Positions 55,502-64,000 of a DNA stretch of 64,000 bases are shown here, one piece after another. The position numbers and the translations under genes were made by a program. Below the pieces are notes generated by a model. The model worked only from the letters and a program-made list of their open reading frames with translations. It had not been told where the DNA came from and did not search any database. Source of the DNA: the human T2T-CHM13v2.0 reference genome, Homo sapiens; the NCBI RefSeq assembly GCF_009914755.1, contig NC_060925.1; one strand, 5' to 3'. How positions within the stretch are numbered: the stretch's first letter is position 1; every line of letters starts with the position of its first letter.

Positions 55502-57420
55502 ATGGAATCATCATCGAATGAATTGAATGCAATCATCGAATGGTCTCGAATGGAATCACATTCTAATGGAAAGGAATGGAATCATCGCATAGAATCGAAT
55601 GGAATTAACATTGAATGGACTCGAATGGAATCAACATCAAACGGAATCAAGCGGAATTATCGAATGGAATCGAAGAGAATCATCGAATGGTCTCGAATGG
55701 AATCATCTTCTAATGGAAAGGAATGGAATCATCGCATAGAATCGAATGGAATTAACGTTGAATGGACTCGAATGGAATCAACATCAAATGGAATCAAGCG
55801 GAATTATCGAATGAAATCGAAGAGAATCATCGAAAGGACTCGAATGGAATCATCTAATGGAATGGAATGGAATAATCCACGGACTCGAATACAATCATCA
55901 TCGTATAGAATCGAATGGAATCATCGAATGGACTCGAATGGAATAACCATTGAACGGAATCGAATGGAATCATCATCGGATGCAAACGAATGGAATCATC
56001 ATCGAATGGAAATGAAAGGAGTCATCATCTAATGGAATTGCATGGAATCATCATAAAATGGAATCGAATGGAATCAACATCAAATGGAATCAAATGGAAT
56101 CATTGAACGGAATTTAATGGAATCGTCATCGAATGAATTGACTGCAATCATCGAATGGTCTCGGAATCATCTTCAAATGGAATGGAATGGAATCATCGCA
56201 TAGAATCGAATGGAATTATCATCGAATGGAATCGAATGGAATCAACATCAAACGGAATAAAACGGAATTATCGAATGGAATCGAAGAGAATCATCGAATG
56301 GACCCGAATGGAATCATCTAATGGAATGGAATGGAATAATCCATGGACTCGAATGCAATCATCATCGAATGGAATCGAATGGAATCATCGAATGGACTCG
56401 AATGGAATAATCATTGAACGGAATCGAATGGAATCATCATCGGATGGAAACGAATGGAATCATCATCGAATGGAATCGAATAGAATTATGGAATGAAATC
56501 CAGTGTGATCATCATCGAATGGACCCGAATGGAATCATCATCCAACGGAAGCTAATGGAATCAACATCGAATGAATCGAATGGAAACACCATCGAATTGA
56601 AACGAATGGAATTATCATGAAATTGAAATGGATGGACTCATCATCGAATGGATTCGAATGGAATCATCGAATAAAATTGATTGAAATCATCATCGAATGG
56701 AATCGAATGGTATCATTGAATGGAATCGAATGGAATCATCATCAGATGGAAATGAATGGAATCGTCATAGAATGGAATCGAATGGATTCATTGAATGGAA
56801 TCAGATGGAATCATCGAATGGACTGGAATGGAATCATTGAATGGACTCGAAAGGGATCATGATTGAATGGAATTGAATGGAATCATCGAATGGTCTCGAT
56901 TGGAATCATTATCAAATGGAATCGAATGGAATCACCGAATAGAATCGAATGGAACAATCATCGAATGGACTCAAATGGAATTATCCTCAAATGGAATCGA
57001 ATGGAATTATCGAATGCAATCGAATGGAATTATCGAATGCAATCGAATAGAATCATCGAATGGACTCGAATGGAATCATCGAATGGAATGGAATGGAACA
57101 GTCAATGAACGCGAATGGAATCATCATTGAATGGAATCGAATGGAATCATCGAGTGGAATCGAATGGAATTATGATCAAATGGAATCGAATGTAATCCTC
57201 ATCAAATGGAATCAAAAATAACCATCATCAATTGGTATTGAATGGAATTGTCATCAAATGGAATTCAAAGGAATCATCATCAAATGGAACCGAATGGAAT
57301 CCTCATTGAATGGAAATGAAAGGGGTCATCATCTAATGGAATCGCATGGAATCATCATCAAATGGAATCGAATGGAATCATCATCAAATGGAATCTAATG
57401 GAATCATTGAACAGAATTGA
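55502..57420 (+). repeat. 1919-bp unit with a diverged A subunit, a 147-bp tandem duplication and a 4-bp deletion
   Basis: TGGTCTC at 55541 and 55688 (147 bp apart). GGTCTCGGAATC near 56160 lacks GAAT. 1776+147-4=1919. Confidence 0.9.
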
Positions 57421-60400
57421 ATGGAATGGTCATCGAATGAATTGAATGCAATCATCGAATGGTCTCGAATGGAATCATCTTCTAATGGAAAGGAATGGAA
57501 TCATCACATAGAATCGAATGGAATTATCATCGAATGGAATCGAATGGTATCAACACCAAACGGAAAAAAACGGAATTATCGAATGGAATCGAAGAGAATC
57601 TTCGAACGGACCCGAATGGAATCATCTAATGGAATGGAATGGAATAATCCATGGACTCGAATGCAATCATCATCGAATGGAATGGAATGGAATCATCGAA
57701 TGGACTCGAATGGAATAATCATTGAACGGAATCGAATGAAATCATCATCGGATGGAAACGAATGGAATCATCATCGAATGGAAATGAAAGGAGTCATCAT
57801 CTAATGGAATTGCATGGAATCATCATAAAATGGAATCGAATGGAATCAACATCAAATGGAATCAAATGGAATCATTGAACGGAATTGAATGGAATCGTCA
57901 TCGAATGAATTGACTGCAATCATCGAATGGTCTCGAATGGAATCATCTTCAAATGGAATGGAATGGAATCATCGCATAGAATCGAATGGAATTATCATCG
58001 AATGGAATCGAATGGAATCAACATCAAACGGAAAAAAACGGAATTATCGTATGGAATCGAAGAGAATCATCGAATGGACCCGAATGGAATCATCTAATGG
58101 AATGGAATGGAATAATCCATGGACTCGAATGCAATCATCATCGAATGGAATCGAATGGAATCATCGAATGGACTCGAATGGAATAATCATTGAACGGAAT
58201 CGAATGGAATCATCATCGGATGGAAATGAATGGAATCATCATCGAATGGAATCGAATAGAATTATGGAATGAAATCCAGTGTGATCATCATCGAATGGAC
58301 CCGAATGGAATCATCATCCAACGGAAGCTAATGGAATCAACATCGAATGAATCGAATGGAAACACCATCGAATTGAAACGAATGGAATTATCATGAAATT
58401 GAAATGGATGGACTCATCATCGAATGGATTCGAATGGAATCATCGAATAAAATTGATTGAAATCATCATCGAATGGAATCGAATGGTATCATTGAATGGA
58501 ATCGAATGGAATCATCATCAGATGGAAATGAATGGAATCGTCATAGAATGGAATCGAATGGATTCATTGAATGGAATCAGATGGAATCATCGAATGGACT
58601 GGAATGGAATCATTGAATGGACTCGAAAGGGATCATGATTGAATGGAATTGAATGGAATCATCGAATGGTCTCGATTGGAATCATTATCAAATGGAATCG
58701 AATGGAATCACCGAATAGAATCGAATGGAACAATCATCGAATGGACTCAAATGGAATTATCCTCAAATGGAATCGAATGGAATTATCGAATGCAATCGAA
58801 TGGAATTATCGATTGCAATCGAATAGAATCATCGAATGGACTCGAATGGAATCATCGAATGGAATGGAATGGAACAGTCAATGAACTCGAATGGAATCAT
58901 CATTGAATGGAATCGAATGGAATCATCGAGTGGAATCGAATGGAATTATGATCAAATGGAATCGAATGTAATCATCATCAAATGGAATCAAAAATAACCA
59001 TCATCAATTGGTATTGAATGGAATTGTCATCAAATGGAATTCAAAGGAATCATCATCAAATGGAACCGAATGGAATCCTCATTGAATGGAAATGAAAGGG
59101 GTCATCATCTAATGGAATCGCATGGAATCATCATCTAATGGAATCGAATGGAATCATCATCAAATGGAATCTAATGGAATCATTGAACAGAATGGAATGG
59201 AATCATCATCGAATGAATTGAATGCAATCATCGAATGGTCTCGAATGGAATCATCTTCTAATGGAAAGGAATGGAATCATCGCATAGAATCGAATGGAAT
59301 TATCATCGAATGGAATCGAATGGTATCAACACCAAACGGAAAAAAACGGAATTATCGAATGGAATCGAAGAGAATCTTCGAACGGACCCGAATGGAATCA
59401 TCTAATGGAATGGAATGGAATAATCCATGGACTCGAATGCAATCATCATCGAATGGAATCGAATGGAATCATCGAATGGACTCGAATGGAATAATCATTG
59501 AACGGAATCGATTGGAATCATCATCGGATGGAAACGAATGGAATCATCATCGAATGGAAATGAAAGGAGTCATCATCTAATGGAATTGCATGGAATCATC
59601 ATAAAATGGAATCGAATGGAATCAACATCAATTGGAATCAAATGGAATCATTGAACGGAATTGAATGGAATCGTCATCGAATGAATTGACTGCAATCATC
59701 CAATGGTCTCGAATGGAATCATCTTCAAATGGAATGGAATGGAATCATCGCATAGAATCGAATGGAATTATCATCGAATGGAATCGAATGGAATCAACAT
59801 CCAACGGAAAAAAACGGAATTATCGAATGGAATCGAAGAGAATCATCGAATGGACCCGAATGGAATCATCTAATGGAATGGAATGGAATAATCCATGGAC
59901 TCGAATGCAATCATCATCAAATGGAATCGAATGGAATCATCGAATGGACTCGAATGGAATAATCATTGAATGGAATCGAATGGAATCATCATCGGATGGA
60001 AATGAATGGAATCATCATCGAATGGAATCGAATAGAATTATGGAATGAAATCCAGTGTGATCATCATCGAATGGACCCGAATGGAATCATCATCCAACGG
60101 AAGCTAATGGAATCAACATCGAATGAATCGAATGGAAACACCATCGAATTGAAACGAATGGAATTATCATGAAATTGAAATGGATGGACTCATCATCGAA
60201 TGGATTCGAATGGAATCATCGAATAAAATTGATTGAAATCATCATCGAATGGAATCGAATGGTATCATTGAATGGAATCGAATGGAATCATCATCAGATG
60301 GAAATGAATGGAATCGTCATAGAATGGAATCGAATGGATTCATTGAATGGAATCAGATGGAATCATCGAATGGACTGGAATGGAATCATTGAATGGACTC

Positions 60401-63400
60401 GAAAGGGATCATGATTGAATGGAATTGAATGGAATCATCGAATGGTCTCGATTGGAATCATTATCAAATGGAATCGAATGGAATCACCGAATAGAATCGA
60501 ATGGAACAATCATCGAATGGACTCAAATGGAATTATCCTCAAATGGAATCGAATGGAATTATCGAATGCAATCGAATGGAATTATCGAATGCAATCGAAT
60601 AGAATCATCGAATGGACTCGAATGGAATCATCGAATGGAATGGAATGGAACAGTCAATGAACTCGAATGGAATCATCATTGAATGGAATCGAATGGAATC
60701 ATCGAGTGGAATCGAATGGAATTATGATCAAATGGAATCGAATATTATCATCATCAAATGGAATCAAAAATAACCATCATCAATTGGTATTGAATGGAAT
60801 TGTCATCAAATGGAATTCAAAGGAATCATCATCAAATGGAACCGAATGGAATCCTCATTGAATGGAAATGAAAGGGGTCATCATCTAATGGAATCGCATG
60901 GAATCATCATCAAATGGAATCGAATGGAATCATCATCAAATGGAATCTAATGGAATCATTGAACAGAATTGAATGGAATCGTCATCGAATGAATTGAATG
61001 CAATCATCGAATGGTCTCGAATGGAATCATCTTCTAATGGAAAGGAATGGAATCATCGCATAGAATCGAATGGAATTATCATCGAATGGAATCGAATGGT
61101 ATCAACACCAAACGGAAAAAAACGGAATTATCGAATGGAATCGAAGAGAATCTTCGAACGGACCCGAATGGAATCATCTAATGGAATGGAATGGAATAAT
61201 CCATGGACTCGAATGCAATCATCATCGAATGGAATGGAATGGAATCATCGAATGGACTCGAATGGAATAATCATTGAACGGAATCGAATGGAATCATCAT
61301 CGGATGGAAACGAATGGAATCATCATCGAATGGAAATGAAAGGAGTCATCATCTAATGGAATTGCATGGAATCATCATCAAATGGAATCGAATGGAATCA
61401 ACATCAAATGGAATCAAATGGAATCATTGAACGGAATTGAATGGAATCGTCATCGAATGAATTGACTGCAATCATCGAATGGTCACGAATGGAATCATCT
61501 TCAAATGGAATGGAATGGAATCATCGCATAGAATCGAATGGAATTATCATCGAATGGAATCGAATGGAATCAACATCAAACGGAAAAAAATGGAATTATC
61601 GAATGGAATCGAAGAGAATCATCGAATGGACCCGAATGGAATCATCTAATGGAATGGAATGGAATAATCCATGGACTCGAATGCAATCATCATCGAATGG
61701 AATCGAATGGAATCATCGAATGGACTCGAATGGAATAATCATTGAACGGAATCGAATGGAATCATCATCGGATGGAAATGAATGGAATCATCATCGAATG
61801 GAATCGAATAGAATTATGGAATGAAATCCAGTGTGATCATCATCGAATGGACCCGAATGGAATCATCATCCAACGGAAGCTAATGGAATCAACATCGAAT
61901 GAATCGAATGGAAACACCATCGAATTGAAACGAATGGAATTATCATGAAATTGAAATGGATGGACTCATCATCGAATGGATTCGAATCGAATCATCGAAT
62001 AAAATTGATTGAAATCATCATCAAATGGAATCGAATGGTATCATTGAATGGAATCGAATGGAATCATCATCAGATGGAAATGAATGGAATCGTCATAGAA
62101 TGGAATCGAATGGATTCATTGAATGGAATCAGATGGAATCATCGAATGGACTGGAATGGAATCATTGAATGGACTCGAAAGGGATCATTATTGAATGGAA
62201 TTGAATGGAATCATCGAATGGTCTCGATTGGAATCATTACCAGATGGAATCGAATGGAATCACCGAATAGAATCGAATGGAACAATCATCGAATGGACTC
62301 AAATGGAATTATCCTCAAATGGAATCGAATGGAATTATCGAATGCAATCGAATGGAATTATCGAATGCAATCGAATAGAATCATCGAAAGGACTCGAATG
62401 GAATCATCGAATGGAATGGAATGGAACAGTCAATGAACTCGAATGGAATCATCATTGAATGGAATCGAATGGAATCATCGAGTGGAATTGAATGGAATTA
62501 TGATCAAATGGAATCGAATGTAATCATCATCAAATGGAATCAAAAATAACCATCATCAATTGGTATTGAATGGAATTGTCATCAAATGGAATTCAAAGGA
62601 ATCATCATCAAATGGAACCGAATGCAATCCTCATTGAATGGAAATGAAAGGGGTCATCATCTAATGGAATCGCATGGAATCATCATCAAATGGAATCGAA
62701 TGGAATCATCATCAAATGGTATCTAATGGAATCATTGAACAGAATTGAATGGAATCGTCATCGAATGAATTGAATGCAATCATCGAATGGTCTCGAATGG
62801 AATCATCTTCTAATGGAAAGGAATGGAATCATCGCATAGAATCGAATGGAATTATCATCGAATGGAATCGAATGGTATCAACACCAAACGGAAAAAAATG
62901 GAATTATCGAATGGAATCGAAGAGAATCTTCGAACGGACCCGAATGGAATCATCTAATGGAATGGAATGGAATAATCCATGGACTCGAATGCAATCATCA
63001 TCGAATGGAATCGAATGGAATCATCGAATGGACTCGAATGGAATAATCATTGAACGGAATCGAATGGAATCATCATCGGATGGAAACGAATGGAATCATC
63101 ATCGAATGGAAATGAAAGGAGTCATCATCTAATGGAATTGCATGGAATCATCATAAAATGGAATCGAATGGAATCAACATCAAATGGAATCAAATGGAAT
63201 CATTGAACGGAATTGAATGGAATCGTCATCGAATGAATTGACTGCAATCATCGAATGGTCTCGAATGGAATCATCTTCAAATGGAATGGAATGGAATCAT
63301 CGCATAGAATCGAATGGAATTATCATCGAATGGAATCGAATGGAATCAACATCAAACGGAAAAAAACGGAATTATCGAATGGAATCGAAGAGAATCATCG

Positions 63401-64000
63401 AATGGACCCGAATGGAATCATCTAATGGAATGGAATGGAATAATCCATGGACTCGAATGCAATCATCATCGAATGGAATCGAATGGAATCATCGAATGGA
63501 CTCGAATGGAATAATCATTGAACGGAATCGAATGGAATCATCATCGGATGGAAATGAATGGAATCATCATCGAATGGAATCGAATAGAATTATGGAATGA
63601 AATCCAGTGTGATCATCATCGAATGGACCCGAATGGAATCATCATCCAACGGAAGCTAATGGAATCAACATCGAATGAATCGAATGGAAACACCATCGAA
63701 TTGAAACGAATGGAATTATCATGAAATTGAAATGGATGGACTCATCATCGAATGGATTCGAATGGAATCATCGAATAAAATTGATTGAAATCATCATCCA
63801 ATGGAATCGAATGGTATCATTGAATGGAATCGAATGGAATCATCATCAGATGGAAATGAATGGAATCGTTATAGAATGGAATCGAATGGATTCATTGAAT
63901 GGAATCAGATGGAATCATCGAATGGACTGGAATGGAATCATTGAATGGACTCGAAAGGGATCATTATTGAATGGAATTGAATGGAATCATCGAATGGTCT

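Larger units (their letters stand above)
1..64000 (+). repeat. Human satellite 2 (HSat2/HSATII) array, 1776-bp higher-order unit, probably chr1q12 pericentromeric heterochromatin (D1Z1/pUC1.77 type)
   Basis: Seen: continuous GGAAT/CGAAT pentamers with ATC/ATCATC spacers and dense TCGA and GAATC sites. Landmarks such as CCAGTGTGATCA, CAAAAATAACC and GAAAGGGGTC recur every 1776 bp. Unit starts: 1760, 3536, 5091, 6818, 8593, 10369, 12145, 13430, 15206, 16982, 18267, 20043, 21819, 23127, 24877, 26627, 28403, 30179, 32423, then +1776 steps to 50183, then 51950, 53726, 55502, 57421, 59197, 60973, 62749. Established knowledge: CATTCGATTC-type satellite with a 1.77-kb EcoRI period is the 1q12 HSat2 array. 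The chromosome assignment is an inference. Confidence 0.97.

Noticed and set aside
55541-55687. 147-bp duplication equals nucleosome core DNA length
   Set aside because: The length is accounted for by 3 x 49 bp monomer register and flanking homology, and it is a single event, so coincidence is likely.
55427-56032. Longest ORF (201 aa) over the diverged island
   Set aside because: Its length is explained by an in-frame 147-bp duplication and loss of one upstream TGA, which also occurs at 59122. There is no evidence of coding selection.
5-63724. More than 200 plus-strand ORFs (60-201 aa, rich in MES/NG/IEW/NHR)
   Set aside because: They are translations of GGAAT/CGAAT repeats. They overlap in several frames, gain and lose stops freely between units, and show no recognisable domain. 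ATG is built into the pentamer, and the lack of minus-strand ORFs follows from TGA in (GAT)n.
1-64000. CRISPR-like or other repeat-spacer array suggested by 23-26 bp periodicity
   Set aside because: There are no unique spacers. Every segment is itself satellite and recurs each 1776 bp, and there are no cas genes or leader.
1-64000. Alu/L1/other insertions or CENP-B boxes
   Set aside because: No non-satellite sequence, poly(A) tail, target-site duplication or alpha-satellite was seen. The A7 in CGGAAAAAAACGG is a fixed part of the unit.

Overview
The whole 64 kb window is one uninterrupted, single-orientation array of human classical satellite 2 (HSat2/HSATII). It is built from diverged GGAAT/CGAAT pentamers arranged as 23- and 26-bp monomers (e.g. 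ATCATCGAATGGAATCGAATGGA). These form a 1776-bp higher-order unit with one EcoRI site, which matches the 1.77-kb chromosome 1q12 satellite (D1Z1/pUC1.77, HSat2A type). About 36 units plus a partial one are present. I see no genes, RNA genes, transposons, CRISPR arrays or inversions, and all listed ORFs are by-products of the repeat. I did not find a new protein-coding system. What deserves a second look is the array's internal history: (1) a strongly diverged patch with a 147-bp duplication near 55.5-56.0 kb that looks like a different HSat2 lineage; (2) reciprocal -468/+468 bp units arising from an internal subrepeat; (3) a 4837-bp three-unit duplication and a partial 7104-bp period; (4) indels sized to the 23/26-bp monomer grid; (5) long-range mosaic units; (6) a single-base variant that creates a perfect heat-shock element in three copies. 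Unit lengths come from the ORF-track coordinates. Variants were read by eye, so breakpoints are approximate.
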